A stretch of DNA of 64,000 bases from Nitrospirota bacterium (GCA_963818475.1 CAWFSF010000006.1:576001-640000), one strand, 5' to 3'. Positions 40,224 through 51,727 are shown, counted from the stretch's first letter. Made by a program: numbers and translations. The notes: a model not told the origin generated them from the sequence alone.

Positions 40224-41414
40224 ATGGATGTCCGGTGTGGAAGCTGTAACAAACTTTTCCGAATAGCCGATGAAAAGATCTCCGGTTCGGGCATAAAATT
40301 CGCCTGTTCACAGTGCCACGGTCCGGTAAAGATAACCCGGGAAGAGTTCGACAACTACATCCATTCGAAGGCGGCTGAGCCGGTCCTGCCGCCTGCTGCT
40401 CCGCAACCCCTGAAAATGGAAGTGCGGTGCGGCAGCTGCAACAAGCCCTTCCGCGTATCCGAGGACAAGATCACGGGATCGGGCATCAAGTTCGCCTGTA
40501 CAAAATGCGGCGCCCCGGTAACGATCTCGAAAGAGGACCTCGAAAAATACAAGAGTACCCGGGAAAAGGCCGGGGCATTCGTTGCGGTCGGCACCGAATC
40601 CGCCGCGCCGCTGGCTGCAACATCTGCCGCGGTGCTTCCGAAGAAACCGCCGGAGCGTGCACAAGACCGGATGCCGCCTTCTGCACCGGCCCTGGGTGAT
40701 GGAGAACGGCCATTGTCCGCTCCGCCGAGCCCCCAACCGCCACTCAGTAAAACACAGCCCGCGTCGCTGCTCCGGGAACAGGTCAAACCTCCGGTAAAGC
40801 GAAGTATCGAACCGACCGGCACTGTTCGGACGGAAACAGCAGTGTCCGCTTCAAACACGACCGCGCCATCTTCCACCTCGAGACAGTTGATGGTGCTGGC
40901 GGTCGCGGTTCTCATTATTGTGGCTGTTGGTTACCTGGCCATCTCACGCTTCAAAACATCCGTGCCCGTGACTACTGAACCGGTCCAGATGCTGACGTCG
41001 ATCGAGGGTTTGCAGGTCCTGAATACGTCGGCGGCGTATGATGCCAAGGGCGACTACGTGATATCCGGCGACATCGTGAATGCCACGGATGTGGAGCGGC
41101 CGGCATGGCTGATGGTCGCTGAGGTGTTCGATGCCAATGGAGCGCTGCTCGGCACGGCCAGAATGTTGAACGGCATTGAACTCTACACGAACCGGGACTA
41201 TGAGATCCTCGCGAAGCGGGGCACCAATGTCCAGGAACTGAAGGCGCGCAATCTTCAGGAGCAACGCAGCAAAATTTTACCTAACGCCACGGTCCATTTC
41301 GATGTCACGATCATCGAGGCGCCGGCCGGTATCGTGAACTTCAATGCAGGCCTCCAGTCCTTTGATCCCGTGCAGTTGTTCAAAGAAGTGATCGCAGAGC
41401 AAAAACAACCATAA
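40224..41414 (+). CDS. Double zinc-ribbon, Pro-rich linker, TM and DUF3426-like periplasmic domain protein
   Basis: Two copies of MxVRCGSCNKxFR...KIxGSGIKFACxxC, a single TM (LMVLAVAVLIIVAVGYL) and an Ig-like C-terminus (VISGDIVN...VFDANG). Confidence 0.8.
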   Translation: MDVRCGSCNKLFRIADEKISGSGIKFACSQCHGPVKITREEFDNYIHSKAAEPVLPPAAPQPLKMEVRCGSCNKPFRVSEDKITGSGIKFACTKCGAPVTISKEDLEKYKSTREKAGAFVAVGTESAAPLAATSAAVLPKKPPERAQDRMPPSAPALGDGERPLSAPPSPQPPLSKTQPASLLREQVKPPVKRSIEPTGTVRTETAVSASNTTAPSSTSRQLMVLAVAVLIIVAVGYLAISRFKTSVPVTTEPVQMLTSIEGLQVLNTSAAYDAKGDYVISGDIVNATDVERPAWLMVAEVFDANGALLGTARMLNGIELYTNRDYEILAKRGTNVQELKARNLQEQRSKILPNATVHFDVTIIEAPAGIVNFNAGLQSFDPVQLFKEVIAEQKQP

Positions 41415-41419
41415 AACCT

Positions 41420-42968
41420 ATGACTCGATCCCTCATGATCCAGGGCACCGGCTCCGGTGTCGGGAAAAGCGTGCTCTGTGCGGCGTTATGCCGCATTTTT
41501 TATCAGGACGGACTGGTTGTCGCGCCGTTTAAAAGCCAGAACATGTCGCTCAATTCTTATGTCACCCGCGATGGCCTGGAAATGGCCCGTTCCCAGGTGG
41601 TGCAGGCGGAGGCCGCATGCATCGAACCATCCGTGGATATGAACCCTATCCTGCTGAAACCGAGCTCAGATACCGCATGCCAGGTGATCCTCCAGGGAAA
41701 AGTTGAGGGGAATTATTCCGCGAACGCGTATGGCCGGTATGTTCACGACGCCTGGGCAGCGGTGTGCGACAGCTATCAACGTCTTGCCCGGCAGTATGAG
41801 GTTATCCTGATCGAAGGTGCTGGCAGCCCTGCCGAGGTCAATCTGAAGGACCGCGATATCGTGAACATGCGGACCGCGGAGATGGCCGGTGCGCCGGTGC
41901 TCCTGGCCGCCGACATCGACAAGGGGGGAGTTTTTGCTTCCCTGATCGGCACCCTCGAACTGCTTGAACCCCATGAGCGGCAGCGTATCAAGGGTTTCCT
42001 GATCAACAAGTTTCGCGGCGATGTTTCTCTTCTTTCGCCCGGCATCGATTTTCTCGAAAAAAGGACCGGCATTCCCGTACTCGGCGTCATCCCGTACTTC
42101 AAGGACATTTACATCCAGGAAGAAGATGGGGTCGTGCTGGAAAATGGCGGTTGTCACGGAATGAAATCCGCAATCCGCAATCCGCAATCCGCAATTGATA
42201 TTGTTGTTCTCCATCTGCCTCACATATCGAACTTCACCGATCTCGATGCTCTTGCCGCTGAGCCGGGCGTACAGGTCAGGTATACGCGTGAGCCCGCTGA
42301 ATTGACGGGCGCCGATGTGGTGGTCATCCCCGGCAGCAAAAATACCATCAGCGACTTGCTGTATCTGCGGGAAACAGGCCTGGAACAGGGGGTCAGGGAA
42401 TATGCCGCTGCGGGCGGCATGGTTGTCGGCATCTGCGGCGGGTACCAGATGCTGGGGCTTACGATCAACGACCCTTTTATGATCGACGGCGACGTGCGGG
42501 AAGCTGACGGCATGGGACTGCTTGCCGGTCACGACGGTGATGCAGAAGGAGAAGCAGACCGTACAGGTCACGGCCAGAACGTTTGCATCGACTCTCTGGG
42601 ACGGCAATATCGAACTGCGCGGATATGAGATCCACATGGGGAGAACAAAGAAAAAACCGGGGGTCTTGCCCGCCTTCCAGGTTCGCTACGCTGATGAATC
42701 ACGAGAGGACGGCGCGCAGTCGCTGGACTTACGGGTATGGGGGACCTATCTTCATGGTTTGTTCGACAGCGATGCTTTCAGGAAAAGTTTCCTGAACGGG
42801 GTCCGCCTGCACAAAGGGATAGCGGCTTCACCGGTGAGTTCTTACGAACAACTTAAACAGGATGGTTTCGAAAAACTGGCCGCCACGGTACGGGCAAGCC
42901 TTGATATGCAAAAGATACATGCGATCCTGCAGCGCGGTGACGGGGCGCCCTCGGGTAGGTTGCTGTGA
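41420..42968 (+). CDS. cobQ: Cobyric acid synthase (~515 aa; +1 frameshift near 42521)
   Basis: QGTGSGVGKS, PFKSQNMSLNS, EGAGSPAE, GICGGYQMLG, then in the next frame GYEIHMG and GTYLHGLF. Confidence 0.93.
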
Positions 42969-43930
42969 TCGCCATGCCCGCCATGGTGATCCTGTGCGCT
43001 TTTTTCCTGGACCTGGTCCTGGGAGACCCCCGGTGGCTGCCCCATCCGGTCCGCGGCATAGGCTGGCTGATACTGAGGGTAGAGAGGGTCCTCAGGCGCT
43101 TCACCCGGTCACCGGGATCCGAGAAAAGAGCCGGTGTTCTTCTGGTCGTGTTGATTGTTTTTTCGGTGTATGGGGCCTCCGCACTGCTCCTTTTCTTCGC
43201 TTCCTCCTGGTCATCAATGCTGGGCTTCATCATCGCTGTGCTTCTGGCCTATACAACGCTGGCGGCGCGGGACCTGTCGGGGTCGGCGAGGGCCGTTCTT
43301 GTTCATCTGAAAGGCGGTGATCTCGCCGGGGCACGGCATGCCCTGTCGATGATCGTGGGAAGGGACACTGCGGACCTCGATGAACAAGGTATCACCAGGG
43401 CCGTGGTCGAGACCGTGGCCGAGAACGCTTCCGATGGCGTCATTGCTCCGCTCTTCTATCTCGCACTCGGCGGGCCTGCACTTGCCATGGCGTATAAGGC
43501 CGTGAACACGCTCGATTCCATGATAGGGTACAAGAACGTTGTGTATAAGAACTTCGGCTGGGCAGCGGCCAGGCTGGATGACCTGGCGAACTTCATCCCG
43601 GCGCGCATTACGGCTGTACTGCTCTCCCTGGCAGCTTGGTGCCTGCCCGGCGCGTCCGGCTGGGATGCTTTCCGCATAAGCCTTCGTGACGGCCGAAAGC
43701 ACGCGAGCCCCAACAGCGGTTATCCCGAGGCAGCGGTGGCAGGGGCGCTCGGTTTGCGGCTCGGCGGGCCGAGCGCCTATGGAGGGCTGGTTTTGGATAA
43801 GCCCTCTATCGGCGATGGAATGCGAGATTTTGACAAAAAATGTATTGAAAAGTCCATTCGGTTAATGTATTGTGCTTCCACATTTGCGGTGCTGGCGGCG
43901 GTATTTGCGGCACAAAGGTCGTCTGGATAA
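42965..43930 (+). CDS. cbiB: Adenosylcobinamide-phosphate synthase
   Basis: GDPRWLPHPV, MIVGRDT, AENASDG, NTLDSMIGY, SPNSGYPEA. Confidence 0.95.
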   Translation: MIAMPAMVILCAFFLDLVLGDPRWLPHPVRGIGWLILRVERVLRRFTRSPGSEKRAGVLLVVLIVFSVYGASALLLFFASSWSSMLGFIIAVLLAYTTLAARDLSGSARAVLVHLKGGDLAGARHALSMIVGRDTADLDEQGITRAVVETVAENASDGVIAPLFYLALGGPALAMAYKAVNTLDSMIGYKNVVYKNFGWAAARLDDLANFIPARITAVLLSLAAWCLPGASGWDAFRISLRDGRKHASPNSGYPEAAVAGALGLRLGGPSAYGGLVLDKPSIGDGMRDFDKKCIEKSIRLMYCASTFAVLAAVFAAQRSSG

Positions 43931-43948
43931 CCGCAATCCAATTTTACC

Positions 43949-43976
43949 TTGACAAAAACTGTGGCTGTGCTATAAG
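43949..43976 (+). promoter_or_regulatory. sigma70 promoter of metK
   Basis: TTGACA-16 nt-TATAAG with an extended -10 TG. Confidence 0.6.
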
Positions 43977-44016
43977 AACGAAATTTTTAAGGTCTTAAAG
44001 GCCGGGAGGGCAACAG

Positions 44017-45177
44017 ATGAGCAGTATTAATAAGAATTATCTCTTTACCTCGGAATCGGTAACCGAGGGGCATCCGGATAAAATAGCCGACCAGATCTCG
44101 GATGCGGTGCTTGATGCGCTGCTTGCGCAGGATCCCATGAGCCGGGTGGCCTGCGAGACGCTCTTGACCACCGGTCTTGCCATGGTGGCAGGAGAGATCA
44201 CGACCAAGGGGTATGTTGAGATCCCCGATATCGTCCGTCAGACCATCAAGGACATCGGTTACACCCGGGCAAAGTACGGGTTCGATTCCGAGACCTGCGC
44301 AGTCATCACCTCGGTCCATTCCCAGTCGCCTGATATTGCCATGGGCGTGGACACGGGAGGCGCCGGAGACCAGGGCCTCATGTTCGGTTATGCCTGCGAT
44401 GAGACGCCGGAACTGATGCCCATGACCATCATGCTCGCACACAAGCTTACCCGCCGCCTTTCAGAAGTGCGGAAGAAGGAGATCCTTCCTTATCTGAGGC
44501 CGGACGGCAAGTCCCAGGTGACCATCGAATACCGGGACGGCAAGCCCTACCGGCTCCATACCATCGTGGTCTCGTCCCAGCACAGCCCCGATGTGACGCT
44601 CAAGCAGCTGCGCAAGGAGATCATCGAGAAGGTGATCCTTCCGGTGCTCCCGAAGAAACTGCTCGATGAGAAGACCATTATCTATCACATCAACCCCACC
44701 GGCAGGTTCGTGACCGGCGGCCCCATGGGCGATACCGGCCTCACGGGCCGCAAGATCATCGTGGATACCTACGGCGGCGTGGGAAGCCACGGCGGCGGCT
44801 GCTTCTCGGGCAAGGACCCGACGAAGGTCGACCGTTCGGCATCCTACATGGCCCGTTATGTTGCCAAGAACATCGTGGCAGCCGGGCTCTGCACCGAGGT
44901 CGAGGTCCAGCTGGCCTATGCCATCGGCGTTCCCGAGCCGGTCTCCATCCATGTCGACGATTTCGGCACGGGCAAGATCCACCATGACAAGCTCGTCTCG
45001 ATCATCAGGAAGAACTTCGACATGACGCCCAAGGGCATCGTGAAGACGCTGAACCTGAGGCGGCCTATTTACAAGAAGACCGCGGCCTATGGCCACTTCG
45101 GCAGGACCGAGCCTGAGTTTACCTGGGAAAAAACGGACAAAGCCGCGAAGCTCAAAAAGGACGCGGGAGTGAAATGA
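44017..45177 (+). CDS. metK: S-adenosylmethionine synthetase
   Basis: [42 protein letters not shown]. Confidence 0.98.
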   Translation: MSSINKNYLFTSESVTEGHPDKIADQISDAVLDALLAQDPMSRVACETLLTTGLAMVAGEITTKGYVEIPDIVRQTIKDIGYTRAKYGFDSETCAVITSVHSQSPDIAMGVDTGGAGDQGLMFGYACDETPELMPMTIMLAHKLTRRLSEVRKKEILPYLRPDGKSQVTIEYRDGKPYRLHTIVVSSQHSPDVTLKQLRKEIIEKVILPVLPKKLLDEKTIIYHINPTGRFVTGGPMGDTGLTGRKIIVDTYGGVGSHGGGCFSGKDPTKVDRSASYMARYVAKNIVAAGLCTEVEVQLAYAIGVPEPVSIHVDDFGTGKIHHDKLVSIIRKNFDMTPKGIVKTLNLRRPIYKKTAAYGHFGRTEPEFTWEKTDKAAKLKKDAGVK

Positions 45178-45245
45178 TTGCGGATTTCGGAATTCGGATT
45201 GCGGATTAAAAAATCTGAATCTATTCTGCAGAGAATGAAAATTAT

Positions 45246-45271
45246 GTAGGGGCAGCCCTGTGTGGCTGCCC
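45246..45271 (+). repeat. GTAG-type REP-like palindrome
   Basis: GTAG-GGGCAGCC-ctgtgt-GGCTGCCC. Confidence 0.65.
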
Positions 45272-45296
45272 TCATATATTGTGAGACTTATACTAT

Positions 45297-45381
45297 CCCG
45301 TCGAGGGGCGCTGCAGCAGTCACCGCAAGGTGGGTCTGTCAGGCTCGATGGGGTGCTTCAACAGGTAGCAACGGCGCCCAT
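45297..45381 (+). ncRNA. SAH riboswitch
   Basis: CGAGGGGCGCTGCAGCAG...CTGTCAGGCTCG...CAACGGCGCCC matches the SAH aptamer and pseudoknot consensus, directly upstream of ahcY. Confidence 0.9.
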
Positions 45382-45405
45382 TCATTAACCTGAATGGAGA
45401 GCTAT

Positions 45406-46803
<1,398 letters not shown>

Positions 46804-46851
46804 GCGGGCAGTTACCTTGCTTCGTGGGAGATGGGAACGTAGGACGAAAAT

Positions 46852-46933
46852 AGTAATCAGGAGACAGTAGCCAGGAGCCAGGAGGAACGGGTAAAGAATA
46901 AGAGATTATTCTGTATTCCGACTCCTGGCTCTT
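46852..46933. repeat. Degenerate heptamer arrays in inverted orientation (AGGAGCC / TCCTGGC)
   Basis: agtaatc aggagac agtagcc aggagcc aggagg ... ttctgta ttccgac tcctggc tcttg. Confidence 0.6.
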
Positions 46934-46944
46934 GTTTTTGATAC

Positions 46945-47808
46945 ATGAAAAATTATTTAAAGATCGTCCTGGCCATGTTCATCTGGAGCACCTGGGGACT
47001 GCTGATCCGCTGGATGGCGCTTCCTCCGGTCGTGGTCCTTTTCTACACGTCGCTTATCGCCGGGATCGTTGTGCCTGTTGTCCTGAAGGTGAGGGGGGAT
47101 TTTCCGAACGCGGTCTTCAACCTGGACTTCTGGTATCTGTATGTCGGGCTGGCACTTGCCTCGATGCTGAACAATCTTACGTATTTTTTTGCGCTGGGTC
47201 ATACAACGGTTTCCAACGCCATCTTTACCCACTACACCGCGCCGGTGATCGTGGCCGCGCTCGCGCCGTTCATGATCGCAGAGCGTCTGCAGCGGGTGAC
47301 GCTGATCTCGCTGCCGATAGCAGCAGCGGGTATGGCCATGATCGTTCTTGCCAATGGAGGGCTCAGCCTGAGCAGTGCACATCTGCCCGGCATCCTGGCG
47401 GGCACCGCGTCGGGTGTGGGATATGCGTTTGTCATCATCTTTTCCCGAAAACTGAGCCAGTTGCTGCTTCACCAGAAAGCGATCATTGTACTGCTCTGGA
47501 TAACGATCATCGCTACGGCCCCGGCAGCGCTGTCCGTGGAGCATACGATCGGCATGCGCTCCGGGATGCTGTTGTTGATAACGGGGCTGCTTCACTCTAC
47601 GACGGCGCCGCTCCTGTATTTCAGCGCCCTGCGGAAGGTGCTGGCCCAGCATGCCGCGATCCTCGGGTATATTGAGCCCCTTGCCGCCCTCCCACTTGCC
47701 TTTCTGTTTCTGGCTGAAACGCCCCCCGTGGCTGCTTTGATCGGCGGCTTACTCATTCTTCTCTCCGGCGCTCTTGTCATGCGTGCACATGAAGGACGAC
47801 CTGAATAA
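46945..47808 (+). CDS. DMT/EamA family transporter
   Basis: About 10 hydrophobic segments, HYTAPV, ILGYIEPL. Confidence 0.88.
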   Translation: MKNYLKIVLAMFIWSTWGLLIRWMALPPVVVLFYTSLIAGIVVPVVLKVRGDFPNAVFNLDFWYLYVGLALASMLNNLTYFFALGHTTVSNAIFTHYTAPVIVAALAPFMIAERLQRVTLISLPIAAAGMAMIVLANGGLSLSSAHLPGILAGTASGVGYAFVIIFSRKLSQLLLHQKAIIVLLWITIIATAPAALSVEHTIGMRSGMLLLITGLLHSTTAPLLYFSALRKVLAQHAAILGYIEPLAALPLAFLFLAETPPVAALIGGLLILLSGALVMRAHEGRPE

Positions 47809-47941
47809 CAGTATCGCTGAATACGCTAGCCTGCTACAGCCTTTCCTCTAATCAAGAAAATTGCCCTGTACTCATATTGACTCGTATCGTCCCGCGATTC
47901 CAGCCGGCGATCAAGTCGATGAGAAGACCACAAAATAATAC

Positions 47942-47994
47942 TTGACAGAATTACTCCTGTATTGTACTCTTATATCAATTAGAACAATTCTAAT
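47942..47994 (+). promoter_or_regulatory. sigma70 promoter plus Fur-family (PerR/Irr-like) operator
   Basis: TTGACA-17 nt-TACTCT followed by the palindrome ATTAGAA-CAA-TTCTAAT (47978-47994). Confidence 0.65.
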
Positions 47995-48014
47995 GCAAAG
48001 AGGAGGGACCTTCT

Positions 48015-48470
48015 ATGTGTATGGATCATTCAGTGCGCTGTCATTGTGGAGCAAAAACAGCCAGTCTCCAGTTTAAAGATTCTCTGCTTCCTCAGGAAGT
48101 GATCACGGACCTGCGGTGCCCGCTGTGTTCTGAAGGAGTTGCCTTCGATCCCCGATCCATGGTTCGCGATAATGGCTGGATGATCGCCTATAATATGGAG
48201 GTTGCCAGGTTCATGCTGAGCCATATTCCCGCTCCAACAGGGGGCATAACGCCGGAATTCCTGTTTGACGAAGGCTATGGCACCTGGCGCAGTATGACGC
48301 CGACAGACGGCATTGATTCTGTTCGTGAACGTGAGCAGATCCTGCAGTACGCAAAAACAGACCCGAAGCGCTATTTTGAGGAACTGCGCTCCTGGGGTAC
48401 CGCCAGGATGGCACGGCTGGCGCAGGAAGGCTGGAGAAAAGCTCGCGAAGCGTCTGAAGTGAACTCATAA
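48015..48470 (+). CDS. Cys-rich hypothetical protein (possible metal binding)
   Basis: Strong RBS AGGAGG, own promoter, motifs MC..CxCG and CPLC. Function not recognised. Confidence 0.75.
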   Translation: MCMDHSVRCHCGAKTASLQFKDSLLPQEVITDLRCPLCSEGVAFDPRSMVRDNGWMIAYNMEVARFMLSHIPAPTGGITPEFLFDEGYGTWRSMTPTDGIDSVREREQILQYAKTDPKRYFEELRSWGTARMARLAQEGWRKAREASEVNS

Positions 48471-48917
48471 CGTGCTGCAGAGATCATAACTCTGACTATC
48501 CGAACGGGTGTCGATATGTATAAAACTGATCTCAATGATCGCGAACTGGCGGGCAGAAATGCAGGAGAATATCTCCAGCAAACGCTCATGCTTACCCCGA
48601 ACGCTGATTCCTGCCTGCCTTCCCACCCGGAGGTTATTTGCCGGAAGGAGGGAACAGCATTGCTCGAACTGGAGAGTATCATTCGTAAACAGCTCGAAAC
48701 TGCTTGCCAGTGCATCTGTTCCTTGAACGATAAAACGAATAAACGCTGTAAACCGCCGCTCAAATGAAAAGAGCCAGTCCTGTTTTTCTATCTCGATGTT
48801 GCACTTTGTTCATTTTAAGCTATACTTTCTTTACAGGAGGTGCGAGTCGGACCTTTTGGACCGGTATATGAATCGCGATCCTGAACTACTACCTGATGAA
48901 CAGCGAAAGGAGAGCGT

Positions 48918-49250
48918 ATGAAAAGAGGGCTTATTACCGCGATGTTTGCTGTTGCAGCAGCGGGGAGCATATCAGTGATGTTTGCAGGAGGTGCCGAAGC
49001 GGCACAACAGACTGGAGAGGCGCTCTTTAAGCAACATTGTGCGGTTTGTCACGTGGATGGAGGGAATCTGATCACACCCCAAAAAACACTTCACCAGAAA
49101 GACCGCGAAAAAAATAACATAAAGACCACCGAAGCTATCATAAAAACCATGAGAAATCCCGGGCCAGGAATGACGCAATTCAACGAAAAAACGATTCCTG
49201 AAAAAGATGCAAAAGCGATCGCTGAGTACATTCTGAAAACCTTCAAATAA
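48918..49250 (+). CDS. Monoheme class I c-type cytochrome (cytochrome c6-like)
   Basis: Signal peptide ending AEA, CAVCH heme motif, PGPGM axial Met, AAGGAG RBS. Confidence 0.9.
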   Translation: MKRGLITAMFAVAAAGSISVMFAGGAEAAQQTGEALFKQHCAVCHVDGGNLITPQKTLHQKDREKNNIKTTEAIIKTMRNPGPGMTQFNEKTIPEKDAKAIAEYILKTFK

Positions 49251-49402
49251 CACTACCTCAGCAGGGGAGGGGTCATTTTCCTTCCCTGCCATCCTCCTCC
49301 TGCCCCCGTCTGTTTTATTCATCTTGCTGCAGAGCCGCCTTTTACCTATAATGCTGACAATGGGTAACCTTCACCACGTTTCAGTAACCGGGGGCTGTTC
49401 TC

Positions 49403-50335
49403 ATGAAGTTGTTCGTGCTTTCTCTTTCTTTAGTGATCGCATTCGGTGCGCAGAAAGCTCAGGCGACGCAGGAATTGCCGCTCTGGGAAGTTGGTGCTGG
49501 ATTTACCGGACTGAGCCTGCCGGAATATCGGGGAGCTGATCATCAGCTCGTTTTTCTGCTCCCGCTGCCTTATCTCGTCTATCGCGGAAAACTGCTGAGG
49601 GTCGACCGGAAGGGTATAAACAGCCTTCTGTTCGAATCCGACCGCGTGCGGCTGAATATGAGCTTTGATGCCGGCGCTCCGGTCAAGAGCCGCGGGAACA
49701 GTGAACGCGCGGGCATGAGCGACCTTGATCCGTCGGTCCAGTTTGGGCCCTCTCTTGAGGTTTGCCTGGTGCACGATTGCACCGGTGACAGCGTCCTGCA
49801 ATTCAGGCTTCCCGTACGCGCGGTCTACGCAGTACAATTCATTCGCATGCACGGAACCGGCTTCGTAACTAATCCCCAGCTTAATTTTGATGTAAAAAAC
49901 GTCGGCGGCGACGGATGGAACATCGGTGCGGCTATCGGGCCGCTTTTTGCAACCGAGAGGTACCATGACTATTACTATGAGGTGGCTCCGCAGTTCTCGG
50001 TCCCGGGCAGCAGGCCGGCCTATGATGCCCGCGGCGGCTACAGTGGAACGCTTGCGATCCTGTCCTTGAGCAAGCGTTTCGATCGCCACTGGTTCGGATC
50101 CTTTATCCGCTACGATAACCTCTCCGGCGCTGTGTTCGAAGACAGTCCGCTTGTCCGGACGCGCCATGCCTTTCTGTTCGGATTCGGCATTGCATGGGTC
50201 ATCGACCAGTCACTCACGCTTGTACAGCGAGTGAATGCAATGGTCTCTGAAAATCCTATGATCAGCGCCTGCCTTGACATTCTTCATAGCTGGAGATACC
50301 GTTCAGGTAAAGCCATCATCATGAAAAAACTTTAA
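49403..50335 (+). CDS. MipA/OmpV family outer-membrane protein
   Basis: Signal peptide, WEVGAG..PEYRGAD, YHDYYY, FEDSPLV. The C-terminal tail may be a frameshift extension. Confidence 0.8.
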   Translation: MKLFVLSLSLVIAFGAQKAQATQELPLWEVGAGFTGLSLPEYRGADHQLVFLLPLPYLVYRGKLLRVDRKGINSLLFESDRVRLNMSFDAGAPVKSRGNSERAGMSDLDPSVQFGPSLEVCLVHDCTGDSVLQFRLPVRAVYAVQFIRMHGTGFVTNPQLNFDVKNVGGDGWNIGAAIGPLFATERYHDYYYEVAPQFSVPGSRPAYDARGGYSGTLAILSLSKRFDRHWFGSFIRYDNLSGAVFEDSPLVRTRHAFLFGFGIAWVIDQSLTLVQRVNAMVSENPMISACLDILHSWRYRSGKAIIMKKL

Positions 50336-50510
50336 TATTTTCGAAAAAAAGACTTGTTCCCGTATCAATGGAGTCGGCTCTCTGTTCGTATCTTGATTAA
50401 CGTCCTCCACAAAAAAGACAGTTTGCGGAAAGTAGGAGAGTTTATAAACCACGCAATCGATATTAGCTTAATTAAAATATTTGTTTGACGAACTGTAAAG
50501 TCATGATATT

Positions 50511-50531
50511 TATGCTACAATTAGTAGCATA
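50511..50531. promoter_or_regulatory. Palindromic operator overlapping an extended -10 upstream of the hydrogenase operon
   Basis: TATGCTAC-AATTA-GTAGCATA, which contains TGcTACAAT. Confidence 0.6.
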
Positions 50532-50617
50532 CAGAGAGGCAATACTTGCTTCAGACTTCATAATCACAAGCGATTCCAGTCCAGACCTTTTGCTTAACAT
50601 AAAGAAGGAGGAGGCTT

Positions 50618-51727
50618 ATGGGAAAGAACGATGAAGTGAGTAAGCAGTTCCTTGATGCACTGGAGTTTCATGGTCTCAAACGAAGAGATTTTCTAAAGTA
50701 CTGTGGTGCAACAGCCGCCCTTCTTGGCCTCTCAGAAGCATTTATCCCTAAAATAGCTGCAGCGTTGGAAAAAGCATCCAAGAGACAACCTGTCATTTGG
50801 CTCAATTTCGCATCCGATTCAGGATGCACCGAAGCCTTCGTAAAGGCAACCTACCCCAGTCCTGCGGAGGTCATCCTTGATATTCTGAGCGTTGATTACA
50901 ACGAGACTATCATGGCTGCGGCCGGTAAGCAGTCTGAAGAGATTCTGGCTAAGTCCCGGAAAGACGGCGGCTACATCCTGATCGTTGAGGGCGGCATACC
51001 CACGAAAAAAGGCCACGGCATGATCGGCAACAAGGAGATGCTCGAGGTCTTCAAGGAAAATGCTGCGCCAGCCATCGCGGTCCTTGCCATCGGCAGTTGT
51101 GCTACAGACGGTGGTGTGCCGGCGGCCAAGCCTAATCCTTCCCAGATCATCGGGACCGCAGAAGCCCTCAAACGGGTCGGCCTCAACAAGCCGCTGGTCA
51201 ACCTCGACCTCTGCCCCGTTAACCCGCAATATCTTGTAGGTGTGGTTGTAAACTTTCTGCTCCTGGGAAAGCTGCCCGAGCTGGACAAATTCGGCCGGCC
51301 CCTCATGTTCTATGGCCAGACAATACATGACAATTGTGAACGCAGGGCGCACTTTGATGCCGGCAGGTTCGTGGAAAAGTTCGGCTCCAACGAGGAAGCC
51401 CTCAATTATTGTCTGTACAAGGTGGGCTGCAAGGGTCCCATGACCTGGTCGGCATGTCCGAAGATCCAGTACAACGACAGGACGAGCTGGTGCATCAAAG
51501 CAGGCGGGCCCTGCATCGGATGCGCTGAGCGGGGCTGGACCGATAAGTTCGCCGGGTTCTATGAGCGGCTCCCCGGGGTCAAGATTCCCGGCTTGGGAGG
51601 CGTTGAGGCTGGCGCGGATACACTCGGTGCGATAGCCGCCGTTGCAACGGCGGCAGGTATCGCGGTGCATGCCGTGGCCACTGCGGCATCAGGCAGGACC
51701 AAGGAAAAAGACGGAGGTAAAAAATAA
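50618..51727 (+). CDS. Group 1 [NiFe]-hydrogenase small subunit (Tat-exported, C-terminal anchor)
   Basis: RRDFLK Tat motif, GSCA, CPVNP, HDNC..CLYKVGCKGP, PCIGC and a C-terminal TM containing His. Confidence 0.95.
   Translation: MGKNDEVSKQFLDALEFHGLKRRDFLKYCGATAALLGLSEAFIPKIAAALEKASKRQPVIWLNFASDSGCTEAFVKATYPSPAEVILDILSVDYNETIMAAAGKQSEEILAKSRKDGGYILIVEGGIPTKKGHGMIGNKEMLEVFKENAAPAIAVLAIGSCATDGGVPAAKPNPSQIIGTAEALKRVGLNKPLVNLDLCPVNPQYLVGVVVNFLLLGKLPELDKFGRPLMFYGQTIHDNCERRAHFDAGRFVEKFGSNEEALNYCLYKVGCKGPMTWSACPKIQYNDRTSWCIKAGGPCIGCAERGWTDKFAGFYERLPGVKIPGLGGVEAGADTLGAIAAVATAAGIAVHAVATAASGRTKEKDGGKK

Noticed and set aside
48516-48767. 83 aa Cys-containing ORF
   Set aside because: No clear RBS or recognisable motif, so it cannot be supported, though it is not excluded.
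50230-50335. Extra C-terminal domain on the MipA-like protein
   Set aside because: A TGA lies one base out of frame at about 50232, so the tail is plausibly another insertion artefact.
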